A stretch of 64,000 nt of DNA from Macrostomum hystrix (taxonomy: Eukaryota; Animalia; Platyhelminthes). Below the pieces are notes generated by a model. The model saw nothing but the letters and a program-made list of their open reading frames with translations, was not told where the DNA came from and did not search any database. The stretch spans positions 7,130,001-7,194,000 of the forward strand of contig CATNEN010000034.1 of NCBI GenBank assembly GCA_950097015.1. Direction: 5' to 3'. The stretch's first letter is position 1; every line of letters begins with the position of its first letter. The translations under genes and the position numbers were made by a program. Positions 47,901 to 60,205 of the stretch are shown piece after piece.

Positions 47901-50900
47901 TTCTCAGACACACATTCACACTCCTACACAAACATTCACGCTCACACACACACACATTCACGCTCTCACACACACACATTCACGCTCTCACACAAACATT
48001 CACGCTCTCACACACACACACTCACGCTCTCACACACACATTCACGCTCTCACACACACACATTCACGCTCTCACACAAACATTCACGCTCTCGTTGTCC
48101 GCAGTTCGTGGCTCACCCGCACTGCCAGCAGCTGCTCGCCGCCCTGTGGTATGACGGTCTGCCCGGCTTCCGGCGCCAGCACCTGATCCTGCAGATGGGG
48201 ATGATCGCCACGTTCGCTGGCATTTTTCCCGCCCTGGCGTTCATGTACCTTCTGGCGCCCAGGTCAAATATGGGACAGAAAATGCGCAAACCGTTCATTA
48301 AATTCATCTGCCACAGCGCGTCCTACCTGCTCTTCCTAGGTGAGATAATTGGTAGATGTTTTCCAGGTCTAATTAATCAGGCAAATTGGGGAATTTTATT
48401 CAGCAATCCGAATCCAATATGCTTATTAAGGGATTTAGCATCAAAACGATCCCAATCCCATCAGTCAATATGGGGATTTTTCAATGAAACAATCCTCATC
48501 CCACTTGTCTATGTGGGATTTTATATCAAAACAATCAGAATCCCATCAGACTATTTAGGGATTTTTATGAAACAATCCCAATCCTTCTTAGGATTGTTAT
48601 CGGAGGTTGTTATCGGAACAAGCAAAATCAGTAGATTTTTCAACTGAAGCGATCCCAAATCGCATGAGTCTATTAGGGGACTCAACTGAAGAATCCCCAA
48701 TCCCATCAGTCCATTTTATAGGGGATTTTTATCGAAGCAATCCCCAATCCCATCAGTCCATTAGGGGATTTTTATCGAAGCAATCACCAATCCCATCAGT
48801 CCATTAGGGGATTTTTATCGAAGCAATCCCCAATCCCATCAGTCCATTAGGGGATTTTTATCGAAGCAATCCCCAATCCCATCAGTCCATTAGGGGATTT
48901 TTATCGAAGCAATCACCAATCCCATCAGTCCATTAGGGGATTTTTATCGAAGCAATCACCAATCCCATCAGTCCATTAGGGGGATTTTTATCGAAGCAAT
49001 CCCCAATCCCATCAGTCCATTAGGGGACTTTTATCGAAGCAATCCCCAATCCCACCAGTCCATTAGGGGACTTTTATCGAAGCAATCCCCAATCCCATCA
49101 GTCCATTAGGGGACTTTTATCGAAGCAATCCCCAATCCCATCAGTCCATTAGGGAATTTTTATCGAAGCAATCCCCAATCCCATCAGTCCATTAGGGGAC
49201 TTTTATCGAAGCAATCCCCAATCCCATCAGTCCATTAGGGGACTTTTATCGAAGCAATCCCCAATCCCATCAGTCCATTAGGGAATTTTTATCGAAGCAA
49301 TCACCAATCCCATCAGTCCATTGGGGGATTTTTATCGAAGCAATCACCAATCCCATCAGTCCATTGGGGGATTTTTATCGAAGCAATCCCCAATCCCATC
49401 AGTCCATTAGGGGATTTTTATCGAAGCAATCACCAATCCCATCAGTCCATTGGGGGATTTTTATCGAAGCAATCACCAATCCCATCAGTCCATTAGGGGA
49501 TTTTTATCGAAGCAATCACCAATCCCATCAGTCCATTGGGGGATTTTTATCGAAGCAATCCCCAATCCCATCAGTCCATTGGGGGATTTTTATCGAAGCA
49601 ATCACCAATCCCATCAGTCCATTAGGGGATTTCAAAATTCACTAGCCAATGAGCCTCTTATTGAAAGTACACTGCAGAGGCAGAGAAAGCAAAATTTGCA
49701 AACAAACAATCAATTCAGGTTTCCTGGTGCTGGCAGCAATCAGAGTGGAGGATCTCCTATTTGACTCCATGGAGCGAAAGATGCAGGAACGCGGCGCTGG
49801 TCCCTCCCGCGTGGAATTCATCATAGTCACCTACGTGATCGGTGAGGCCGCAGAGTTATGGAGCTATGGAGAGCAATTTACAGTTTTAATAATCCCTTCT
49901 TTCTACTCTTTGCTTGCTTCTATCTAGGGCGATAGGCTAGGCACAGAAATTTCTAGTTTGTTCCATTCCAAGCCTTTCGTGATCGATTTCGTTCATCCGC
50001 CCAGGGGCACAGCCACATCCAATATCCCCTAACTGGGCACAGAGCACTGTCTTCTCAAGCACTGTCACTACTTACTCATCTTGATTGTTCCATTTCTCAG
50101 AGTCTGTGTTGACCTCGTTCATGTCATGGTTTTACTGAACTCTGAAAACGCTTTCTGTCGTTTTCTTTCGAAACCTGATCGGACAAGTTTGTCTTCGAGG
50201 CGAAATACGGCTTAGACAGATTTAGGGAGGGACAATTTGTGGAGACACGAATTTATGGATGAAGAAATAAATTTGATTATTGTCGGGGCAGAGTAGATTA
50301 AGTGAACAAGGCGCTGAGAAACTTAATTTCAAGATGGAAGAAAAATTTAATGGAAAAAGTAAATTAGGAATAATTGAGAATACTGTGCGAGACACAGGGA
50401 GAGAGACGGAGAGAGGGAGAGAAAGGGGGTAGAGAAGGAGAAAGAAGGAGAGAGAAGGAGAGAGAAGGAGATAGAAGGAGAGAGAGAAGGAGAGAGAAGT
50501 AGAGAGAAGGAGAGAGAAGGAGAAAGAAGAAGAGAGAAGGAGAGAGAAGGAGAAAGAAGAAGAGAGAAGGAGAGAGAAGGAGAGAGAAGGAGAAAGAAGA
50601 AGAGAGAAGGAGAGAGAAGGGGAGAGAAGGAGAGAGAAGGAGAAAGAAGAAGAGAGAAGGAGAGAGAAGGAGAAAGAAGAAGAGAGAAGGAGAGAGAAGG
50701 GGAGAGAAGGAGAGAGAAGGAGAGAGAAGGAGAGAGAGAAGGAGAGAGAGGGAGAGAGGAGAGAGGAGAGAGGAGAGAGAGGAGAGAGGAGAGAGAGGAG
50801 AGAGAAAGGGAGAGAGAAGGAGAGAGAAGGAGAGAGAAGGAGAGAGAAGGAGATAGAAGGAGAGAGAGAAGGAGAGAGAAGTAGAGAGAGAAGGAGAGAG

Positions 50901-53900
50901 AAGGAGAGAGAAGTAGAGAGAGAAGGAGAGAGAAGGAGAGAGAAGGAGAGAGAAGGAGAGAGAAGGAGAGAGGGGGAGAGAGAGGAGAGCACCTCCAATC
51001 CCAGGCACTGACGCGGTAAAGAGTTAAAGCTGACTTTAATTTTAATTTTTCCGATATTTCGAATTAAAAATTCTTCATCAGGGCAGAAAGCCAAGATTCA
51101 AACAATGTTTTGTCTGACAGCGGCAAAAAAAATAGTAGACACATCTGTAAAGCATGCACAAAGAAGACTTCTAGTTAAGATTTCTCCACTTGCGGTTCGG
51201 TTGACTTGTTTTCTCCTCTCTTCTACATCCTTTCATTCCTTTTTTCTAGCCCAGTCTCCGTCTCGGCCTCGCAAAAAGGAAGCGCGAGTTTTTGCAGCAG
51301 AGGGGCCAGGATGCGGGCCAAGCGGCAGAATTAATGGGAGGAGGAACGCATATTCTGTTTCTAATTAATCCTGCGAAGCTTTTTCAATTTAATGGACCAA
51401 GAAAAACAACATCTCCAGCTGGTCTGGCTGCGTGCGGGCGAGACACATCAGAAAAAGAGAGAGTAGAAACAAGATAGAGTGAACAAGAGATTGAGAGGGA
51501 AGTAGAAAGATAAGAGAGGAGTGAGGAGTGAGGAGTGAGGAGTGAGGAGAGAGGAGAGAGGAGAGAAGAGAGAAGAGAGGAGAGAGGAGAGAGGAGAGAG
51601 AAGAGAGGAGAGAAGAGAGGAGAGAGAGGGAGAGAGGGAGAGAGAGAGCGGGAGAGAGGAGAGAGGACACTGCCCATTGAATTTCAAAAATCTAATGTTG
51701 GAATCGATTCCGATATGTATCGAAAATATTGAAATCAGGATTCGAACCAAGGCAACTCCAGACGCGTTTCGCTCTTATTGGAGCTCATCAGTAGAGTCTA
51801 GCCTAGCGCTCTAGCCATTAGGCTATAGGCGCTTGTTCAAATCCAGCTTTCAATCTCAACATATCGTTATCGATTCGGCAGCGCCCCGCAACTCAATCCA
51901 TACTCACTCAACTCCGTGGCACTGACTCGGTCGTACGAGACGCCGGTGCTGGCCTGAGAGAGAGGGAGAGAGGGAGAGAGAGGGAGAGAGAGTGGGAGAG
52001 AGGAGAGAGGACACTGCCCTCTGTGAGGAGTGAGGAGTGAGGAGTGAGGAGTGAGGAGTGAGGAGTGAGGAGTGAGGAGAGAGGAGAGAGGAGAGAAGAG
52101 AGAAGAGAGAAGAGAGGAGAGAGGAGAGAGGAGAGAGAAGAGAGGAGAGAGGAGAGAGGAGAGAGGAGAGAGGAGAGAAGAGAGACGAGAGAGGAGAGAG
52201 GAGAGAGGAGAGAAGAGAGACGAGAGAGGAGAGAGGAGAGAGGAGAGAGGAGAGAAGAGAGAGGAGAGAAAGGAGAGAGGAGAGAGAGGAGAGAGGAGAG
52301 AGGAGAGAAGAGAGAGAAGAGAGGAGAGAGGAGAGAGAAGAGAGAGGAGAGAGGAGAGAAGAGAGAGAAGAGAGGAGAGAGGAGAGAAGAGAGAGGAGAG
52401 AGAGGAGAGAGGAGAGAGGGGAGAGGAGAGAGAGGAGAGAGGAGAGAGGAGAGAGGAGAGAGGGGAGAGGAGAGAGAGGAGAGAGGAGAGAGGGGAGAGG
52501 GGAGAGGAGAGAGAGGAGAGAGGAGAGAAGAGAGAGGGGAGGGGAGAGAGAAGAGAGGAGAGAGGAGAGAGGAGAGAGAAGAGAGGAGAGAGGAGAGAGG
52601 GTGAGGAGAGAGAAGAGAGGAGAGAGGAGAGAGGAGAGAGAAGAGAGGAGAGAGGAGAGAGGAGAGAGGAGAGAGAAGAGAGAAGAGAGGAGAGAGGAGA
52701 GAGGAGATAGGGGAGAGGAGACAGGAGAGAGGAGAGAGGAGAGAGGAGAGGAGAGGAGAGGAGAGGAGGAAAGGAGAGAGGAGAGAAGAGAGAGACGAGT
52801 GAATTAAAGCAAAATGTTGAAGCGCATAACAACCAGTTCAGAAGAAAATAAAATTTGATAATTTTTGCCAGAAGAGATTTTTAGCACTGACAGTTAGACT
52901 AAACCAAACGAAAAGTACTAAGTCGCCAACGGGCTCAGACAGAGAAGCCGAGCGGATAAAGTTGAAATTCCCAAGAGTAAAAAAGAGGGATTACATTTTG
53001 AAAGATTCAGGAGCTGCTATGCTTTTACATCGGAATCTTCACGAAGTTTTGTCGCCGTATTAATCAGATAAACAAAATCCCCCATGCAGCAAGTCTAAGA
53101 TTTTATCACCGACTCGCTAAGCTTCGAAAAGATCATCGTCAAAAATCCCAAAGAAAATTCCCAAAGCTTAGATCGAACTCCACGTCGGCATCTCGAATAT
53201 GGATAAACACTTTTAATCCCCTGTCGCAGTTTCCGCTGGCAAGAGAAAAATAATTTCCCCCATTTTTCGCTATTTTTTCTCTCTCGACCTGCTAGTCTAG
53301 GTTCTCGCGCCCTCCAGATTCAGAGAGGGATCTCAAATTTTCATAGAATTGTTTCTTTTTCCGTTCTCCCCGACTGCTCCGACCCAGCATCCCCTCAACC
53401 CAGCGATCTCTGATGAAGCCGCTTCGGACGGTCATTCGCTTTTCTGCTTTTTTGCTCGTCTTTCCCTGAGCTCTCTTCCTTCCTGCTTAGTCAGTCTGGG
53501 CGGGGGAGCACCCGATCTTCATTCGAATGGAATGACGGATAGAAATTAGAGAGAGAGAGAGTTGAGGCCCCCCACCTAGCAGTGCAGACCTGATTCTGCC
53601 AGGCCTCATATAATCAGGTCCACCCGTCACATCAATTGAATGACGTTACTAAAAATGCATAGAGTTAGTATATAGAGTGGTAGCACGACCATTGCCTGCG
53701 CTCAACTTCCTGCACAGCAGCTGACTAAATAGTAGTAGCTATTTAATATTTAATTAGATGAGAAATAACAAATAAACAAGTTTATAATTGCTCGTATGTG
53801 TATTTTTTATATTTATTACATTATTAGCATCGTGCAGTCAGTTGTCGCGCAGTCAGTTGTCGTGCAGGCAGTTGTCGTGCAGGCAGTTGTCGTGCAGTCA

Positions 53901-56900
53901 GTTGTCGTGCAGTCAGTTGTGATGCAGTCAGTTGTCGTGCAGTCAGTTGTCGAGCAGTCAGTTGTCGTGCAATCAGTTGTCGTGCAGGAAGTTCTCGTGC
54001 AGGAATTTGTCGTGCAGTCAGTTGTGATGCAGTCAGTTGTCGTGCAGTCAGTTGTCGTGCAGTCAGTTGTCGTGCAGTCAGTTGTTGTGCAGTCAGTTGT
54101 CGTGCAGTCAGTTGTCGTCCACGACAGTTGTCGTGCAGTCAGTTGTCGTGCAGTCAGTTGTCGTGCAGTCAGTTGTCGTGCAGTCAGTTGTCGTGCAGTC
54201 AGTTGTCGTGCAGGCAGTTGTGATGCAGTCAGTTGTGATGCAGTCAGTTGTCGTGCAGTCAGTTGTCGTGCAGTCAGTTGTCGTGCAGTCAGTTGTCGTG
54301 CAGTCAGTTGTCGTGCAGTCAGTTGTCGTGCAGTCAGTTGTCGTGCAGTCAGTTGTCGTGCAGTCAGTTGTGATGCAGTCAGTTGTGATGCAGTCAGTTG
54401 TGATGCAGTCAGTTGTCGTGCAGTCAGTTGTCGTGCAGTCAGTTGTCGTGCAGTCAGTTGTCGTGCAGTCAGTTGTCGTGCAGTCAGTTGTTGTGCAGTC
54501 AGTTGTCGTGCAGTCAGTTGTCGTGCAGTCAATTGTCGTGCAGGCAGTTGTCGTGCAGTCAGTTGTCGTGCAGTCAATTGTCGTGCAGTCAGTTGTCGTG
54601 CAGTCAGTTGTCGTGCAGTCAGTTGTCGTGCAGTCAATTGTCGTGCAGTCAGTTGTCGTGCAGTCAGTTGTCGTGCAGTCAGTTGTTGTGCAGTCAGTTG
54701 TGCGCAATTTTCGCAAAACGGTATAGAGTAGTGAGCTCGACTGAGTGAATTCGCTGGCAATAGTTATTCAAAATTACATTTAATAAATCGGCTCGCTTCC
54801 CTCCCTATTTCTAAGGTTTCGTCTGGCAAGAAATCAAGCAGCTATGGAATGAAGGAGCCAAAGCCTACGTGACGGACATGTGGAATCTGCTAGACTTTGC
54901 AACCAATGCACTCTACATTGCCACAATCACGCTGCGAGGGGTGGCTTGGTACAGGGTGAGCTAGCTTGGAATTCGCTCCACATTGCCCAATACTGAGTTG
55001 CTTTTTATCCTATCCCTCTCCAAATCCTCTCCTCCTCTCCCTCATCCTCTCCCTAATCCTCTCCCTCATCCTCTCCCTCATCCTCTACCTCATCCTCTCC
55101 CTCATCCTCTCCCTAATCCTCTCCCTCATCCTCTCCCTCATCCTCTCCCTAATCCTCTCCCTCATCCTCTACCTCATCCTCTCCCTAATCCTCTCCCTCA
55201 TCTTCTCCCTCATCTTCTCCCTCATCCTCTCCCTAATCCTCTCCCTCATCCTCTCCCTAATCCTCTCCCTCATCCTCTCCCTCATCGTCTCCCTAATCCT
55301 CTCCCTCATCCTCTCCCTAATCCTCTCCCTCATCTTCTCCCTCATCCTCTCCCTCATCTTCTCCCTAATCCTCTCCCTCATCCTCTCCCTAATCCTCTCC
55401 CTCATCCTCTCCCTCATCGTCTCCCTAATCCTCTCCCTCATCCTCTCCCACTCCTCCCCTTATCCTCTCCCACTGCCTCTCCCTCATCCTCTCCCTCATC
55501 CTCTCCCTCATCCTCTCCCACTCCTCCCCCTTATCCTCTCCCACTGCCTCTCCCTCATACTCTCCTCTCCCTCATACTCTCCTCTCCCTCATACTCTCCT
55601 CTTCATCATACTCTCCTCTTCATCATACTCTCCTCTCCCTCATACTCTCCTCTCCCTCATACTCTCCTCTCCCTCATACTCTCCTCTCCCTTATACTCTC
55701 CTCTCCCTCATACTCTCCTCTCCCTCATACTCTTCTCTCCCTCATACTCTCCTCTCCTCATACTCTCCTCTCCCTCATACTCTCCTCTCCCTCATAATCT
55801 CCTCTCCCTCATACTGTGGCAGGTTCAACAGGATGGCAGCCTAGCCAACATTCACCGGCAGTACTGGGACGCCTACGATCCCACTCTGATCTCGGAGTGC
55901 CTATTCGCCACTGCTAACATCTTCTCCATGCTGAAGCTAGTGTACATATTCACGGTGAATCCACACCTGGGACCTCTACAGATCTCATTAGGCAGGATGC
56001 TGTCGGATATACTCAAATTCCTATTTGTTGTCGTGCTGGTGCTGAGCAGTTTCGCTTGCGGCTTCAACCAGCTGTACTGGTTCTACGCATACGAGAGAAA
56101 CAAGTACTGCAAGGACGTGAAGCTGGGCTTCGGCATCACTGGCTCAGACCTGGAGAAATACCAGTACTGTGTAACTAGAGGCCGCACCTTTTCAAAGTAA
56201 GCGGTCGAATTGTTCAGGTGGAGCCACCCGGCCTAATGGGTAGCCTGAACTGCGAGAGGCGGAGGGGTGAGACAGAGGGGTAAGAGACAGAGGGGTGAGA
56301 GACAGAGGGGTGAGAGACAGAGGGGGAAGAGACAGAGGGGTGAGAGACAGAGGTGTGAGAGACAGAGGGGTGAGAGACAGAGGGGTGAGAGACAGAGGGG
56401 TGAGAGACAGAGGGGTGAGAGACAGAGGGGGAAGAGACAGAGGGGTGAGAGACAGAGGTGTGAGAGACAGAGGGGTGAGAGACAGAGGGGTGAGAGACAG
56501 AGGGGTGAGAGACAGAGGGGTGAGAGACAGAGGGGTGAGAGACAGAGGGGTAAGAGACAGAGGGGTGAGAGACAGAGGGGTGAGAGACAGAGGGGTGAGA
56601 GACAGAGGGGTGAGAGACAGAGGGGTGAGAGACAGAGGGGTGAGAGACAGAGGGGTGAGAGACAGAGGGTGAGAGACAGAGGGGTGAGAGACAGAGGGGT
56701 GAGAGACAGAGGGGTGAGAGACAGAGGGGTGAGAGACAGAAGAGTTAAAGATAGAGGGGTGAGAGACAGAGGGGTGAGAGACAGAGGGGTGAGAGACAGA
56801 GGGGTGAGAGACAGAAGAGTTAAAGATAGAGGGGTGAGAGACAGAGGGGTGAGAGACAGAGGGGTGAGAGACAGAGGGGTGAGAGACAGAGGGGTGAGAG

Positions 56901-57337
56901 ACAGAGGGGTGAGAGACAGAGGGGTGAGAGACAGAGGGGTGAGAGAATTAAGTACTTAAAAAATTTTAAAGCATTGCTTTGCAGCTTTCAAAACTTTCGG
57001 GTGATTCGGTTTAGGCAGTCAAGAACAATTCAAGAACGGACAACAGTTTCTGCGGCACATATTTTTTTCAAACAGTGTTTTAGACAAATAGAAAAGTTTA
57101 TGAAAGCCTAGCAGTGTTATGGGACTAAAACTGAAGCCACAGTCAAGCCACAGTTGTATCAGGGCCTCGAAATCTTTGAAGGGCTGACATGCTGTATGAG
57201 CGTGTGGACTATATTTTTGGCCTTAAAAATTTGCAGCCTATTCGAGATCACACAAACACTGTACTGGTCCACATACGGCCTAATTGACTTGTCCAACACT
57301 GACCTGGAATACCAGCACTCGTTCACTGAGTTTGTTG
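35397..57337 (+). CDS. TRPC: TRPC-family cation channel (TRPC4/5/TRPgamma-like), 3'-incomplete; join(35397..35921,44027..44566,48105..48339,49719..49841,54816..54955,55823..56196,57237..57337,...)
   Basis: Ankyrin repeats ([38 protein letters not shown]), [85 protein letters not shown], pore [15 protein letters not shown]. All splice phases are consistent. Confidence 0.93.
36020..36845. repeat. 15-bp purine-rich minisatellite (GAGAGGTAGGGTGGA) with variants, TRPC intron
   Basis: Direct tandem units. Confidence 0.93.
37655..38408. repeat. 8-bp repeat (GAGAGACT)n
   Basis: Direct tandem units. Confidence 0.96.
38945..40335. repeat. 15-bp purine-rich minisatellite (GGAGAGTGGAGAGAG) with compound variants
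   Basis: Direct tandem units. Confidence 0.95.
40767..41928. repeat. 15-bp minisatellite (CCAATGYCACTCWCT)
   Basis: About 77 units. Confidence 0.97.
42550..43970. repeat. 21-bp minisatellite (GTGAGAATTGAGATACTGATG) with higher-order blocks
   Basis: Direct tandem units ending about 55 bp before the acceptor at 44026. Confidence 0.96.
44027..44566 (+). CDS. TRPC: TRPC exon (last ankyrin repeat, TRP_2 Cys/His domain)
   Basis: TTTCAG|GGC; [11 protein letters not shown]; AAG|GTGAGC. Confidence 0.94.
44666..45275. repeat. 26-29-bp minisatellite built on CTGGTTCGATTCTGGC
   Basis: About 22 units. Confidence 0.94.
45690..45932. repeat. 23-bp repeat (GTACTGCTACGATTCCGAGWAAT)
   Basis: About 10 units. 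Confidence 0.88.
45945..46135. repeat. (CACACTCT)n-type simple repeat
   Basis: Direct tandem units. Confidence 0.9.
46805..48092. repeat. About 20-bp CA-rich minisatellite (CATTCACACTCTCACACACT)
   Basis: Direct tandem units up to about 12 nt from the acceptor at 48104. Confidence 0.95.
48105..48339 (+). CDS. TRPC: TRPC exon (pre-S1/S1)
   Basis: CCGCAG|TTC GTG GCT CAC; CTA G|GTGAGA. Confidence 0.93.
48690..49632. repeat. 43-bp minisatellite (CCCCAATCCCATCAGTCCATTAGGGGATTTTTATCGAAGCAAT), about 22 units
   Basis: Direct tandem units; degenerate copies upstream from about 48440. Confidence 0.96.
49719..49841 (+). CDS. TRPC: TRPC exon (S1-S2)
   Basis: TTCAG|GT; [18 protein letters not shown]; G|GTGAGG. 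Confidence 0.88.
50395..50990. repeat. GA-rich homopurine repeat (GAGAGAAGGA-like)
   Basis: Low-complexity tandem sequence. Confidence 0.92.
51515..52798. repeat. Two GA-rich homopurine blocks (51515-51665, 51955-52798) sharing (TGAGGAG)n and GAGAGGACACTGCCC motifs
   Basis: Low-complexity tandem sequence with duplicated junction motifs. Confidence 0.88.
53830..54705. repeat. 15-bp minisatellite (GCAGTCAGTTGTCGT)
   Basis: About 58 units. Confidence 0.97.
54816..54955 (+). CDS. TRPC: TRPC exon (S2-S3), absent from the ORF track
   Basis: TAAG|GT TTC: [47 protein letters not shown]; AGG|GTGAGC. Confidence 0.92.
55025..55812. repeat. 12-bp (CCTCTCCCTCAT) grading into 17-bp (CTCCTCTCCCTCATACT) pyrimidine-rich repeat
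   Basis: Direct tandem units abutting the acceptor at 55822. Confidence 0.94.
55823..56196 (+). CDS. TRPC: TRPC exon (S4-S5)
   Basis: GGCAG|GTT; [31 protein letters not shown]; AA|GTAAGC. Confidence 0.94.
56262..56946. repeat. 15-bp minisatellite (GAGAGACAGAGGGGT)
   Basis: About 45 units. Confidence 0.96.
57237..57337 (+). CDS. TRPC: TRPC exon (pore helix), probable GC donor
   Basis: TTGCAG|C CTA TTC GAG; homology ends at FTEFVG, exactly at G|GCAAGT. Confidence 0.8.
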
Positions 57338-57434
57338 GCAAGTTACATTGTTCTGCTTGGAGTTGATTGTTAATCTGAGTATATGCAATTCTTGAAGCTT
57401 TATATGTGTGGGCTCAATTGTCTATTTTGAGCGA

Positions 57435-59342
57435 CGGAGAAGGAACAGAGTGGATTGCTAATCTATCCCATGGATGAAGGAACAGAGTGGATTGCTAATC
57501 TATCCCGTTGATGAAGGAATAGAGTGGATTGCTAATCTATCCCATGGATGAAGGAATAGAGGGGATTGCTAATCCATCCCATAGATGAAGGAATAGAGTG
57601 GATTGCTAATCTATCCCATGGATGAAGGAACAGAGTGGATTGCTAATCTATCCCGTTGATGAAGGAATAGAGTGGATTGCTAATCTATCCCATGGATGAA
57701 GGAATAGAGGGGATTGCTAATCTATCCCATGGATGAAGGAACAGAGTGGATTGCTAATCTATCCCGTTGATGAAGGAATAGAGTGGATTGCTAATCTATC
57801 CCATGGATGAAGGAATAGAGGGGATTGCTAATCTATCCCATGGATGAAGGAACAGAGTGGATTGCTAATCTATCCCGTTGATGAAGGAATAGAGTGGATT
57901 GCTTATCTATCCTGTTGATGAAGGAATAGAGTGGATTGCTAATCGATCCCGTTGATGAAGGAATAGAATGGATTGCTAATCCATCCCGTTGATGAAGGAA
58001 TAGAGTGGATTGCTAATCCATCCCGTTGATGAAGGAATAGAGTGGATTGCTAATCCATCCCGTTGATGAAGGAATAGAGTGGATTGCTAATCCATCCCGT
58101 TGATGAAGGAATAGAGTGGATTGCTAATCGATCCCGTTGATGAAGGAATAGAGTGGATTGCTAATCCATCCCGTTGATGAAGGAATAGAGTGGATTGCTA
58201 ATCCATCCCGTTGATGAAGGAATAGAGTGGATTGCTAATCCATCCCGTTGATGAAGGAATAGAGTGGATTGCTAATCCATCCCGTTGATGAAGGAACAGA
58301 GTGGATTGCTAATCTATCCCATGGATGAAGGAACAGAGTGGATTGCTAATCTATCCCGTTGATGAAGGAATAGAGTGGATTGCTAATCCATCCCGTTGAT
58401 GAAGGAATAGAGTGGATTGCTAATCCATCCCGTTGATGAAGGAATAGAGTGGATTGCTAATCCATCCCGTTGATGAAGGAATAGAGTGGATTGCTAATCC
58501 ATCCCGTTGATGAAGGAATAGAGTGGATTGCTAATCCATCCCGTTGATGAAGGAATAGAGTGGATTGCTAATCCATCCCGTTGATGAAGGAATAGAGTGG
58601 ATTGCTAATCCATCCCGTTGATGAAGGAATAGAGTGGATTGCTAATCCATCCCGTTGATGAAGGAATAGAGTGGATTGCTAATCCATCCCGTTGATGAAG
58701 GAATAGAGTGGATTGCTAATCCATCCCGTTGATGAAGGAATAGAGTGGATTGCTAATCCATCCCGTTGATGAAGGAATAGAGTGGATTGCTAATCGATCC
58801 CGTTGATGAAGGAATAGAGTGGATTGCTAATCCATCCCGTTGATGAAGGAATAGAGTGGATTGCTAATCCATCCCGTTGATGAAGGAATAGAGTGGATTG
58901 CTAATCCATCCCGTTGATGAAGGAATAGAGTGGATTGCTAATCCATCCCGTTGATGAAGGAACAGAGTGGATTGCTAATCTATCCCATGGATGAAGGAAC
59001 AGAGTGGATTGCTAATCTATCCCGTTGATGAAGGAATAGAGTGGATTGCTAATCCATCCCGTTGATGAAGGAATAGAGTGGATTGCTAATCCATCCCGTT
59101 GATGAAGGAATAGAGTGGATTGCTAATCCATCCCGTTGATGAAGGAATAGAGTGGATTGCTAATCCATCCCGTTGATGAAGGAATAGAGTGGATTGCTAA
59201 TCCATCCCGTTGATGAAGGAATAGAGTGGATTGCTAATCCATCCCGTTGATGAAGGAATAGAGTGGATTGCTAATCCATCCCGTTGATGAAGGAATAGAG
59301 TGGATTGCTAATCCATCCCGTTGATGAAGGAATAGAGTGGAT
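57435..59342. repeat. 37-bp minisatellite (GATGAAGGAATAGAGTGGATTGCTAATCCATCCCGTT), about 51 units
   Basis: Direct tandem units, no spacers. Confidence 0.97.
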
Positions 59343-59823
59343 TTAGTATCTCTGATGTCAAGATGATAAATGCAGAAATATTCCTCGAGTCACAATGACC
59401 AGAATCCGGTAATTTTCCGGAAAATGTCCGAATTTTTAATTAGCTGATTATAATGTATTGCAATAAAAATCTGTACATTTCATAATAAAATAACATTTAC
59501 TGATTGCTGATAGAGCAAATTATGATTTTTAGTAATGCAAGTCATCATCGTTTCACAAGCTGATGGTGTGCCATGTGATCCGTTAAAATTCAGAATAAGG
59601 AAATTTTTCTGAATTCTGAATCCCCCAAAATATTCAACGAAATTCAATAATTCGGTTAGGCTGCTATCGTGAAATAGGCAGTGTTTGATGTCTCCCCGTG
59701 GTCTCTCTCCAGGGTGGAAATAGTTTACGGTCTTTATACTGTTAACAGGTCTCGATCCACCTTGAGTTAGTGATGCTTTTCTTCTGGCCAATAGAATTTT
59801 GCACTCGTGAATGAGAGTCATCG

Positions 59824-60205
59824 CTACTGCTGGCCGGACTTGCTGAAACTGCGCGACAGAGGAGTGCGCTGAATGTACTGACCGCCAGGCAGCGGCATCG
59901 GCGGCAGCGGTGGCGTCGGCGGCGGCGGAAGATTGTCCCTGGCAGGCAGAGGCGGCGGCAGCGGCCCGCCGATCATCTCGTCGACTGTCTCGTATTCTTC
60001 TGAGACTGGGCGGCCTATCGACTCAGCGGCTGCTGCTGCTGCTCCATTAGCCTGCTGCGTTGGCAGCTGTCTCGACTGTGCACCGTAGTAATCATTGAGT
60101 GCGTTCATAAACTCGGGCGGGTCAGCATTGTCAGGCTCAAAGCGAAGGCCAACAGCCATTGAGTGCGTCGGTGGGATGAGGGCGCAGTTCAGCACTCGAG
60201 GCCTC
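59824..60205 (-). CDS. DSL protein terminal exon (Pro-rich cytoplasmic tail)
   Basis: TTTAAG|G AGG CCT; ends SGQQ* (TAG at 59824-59826). Confidence 0.78.
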
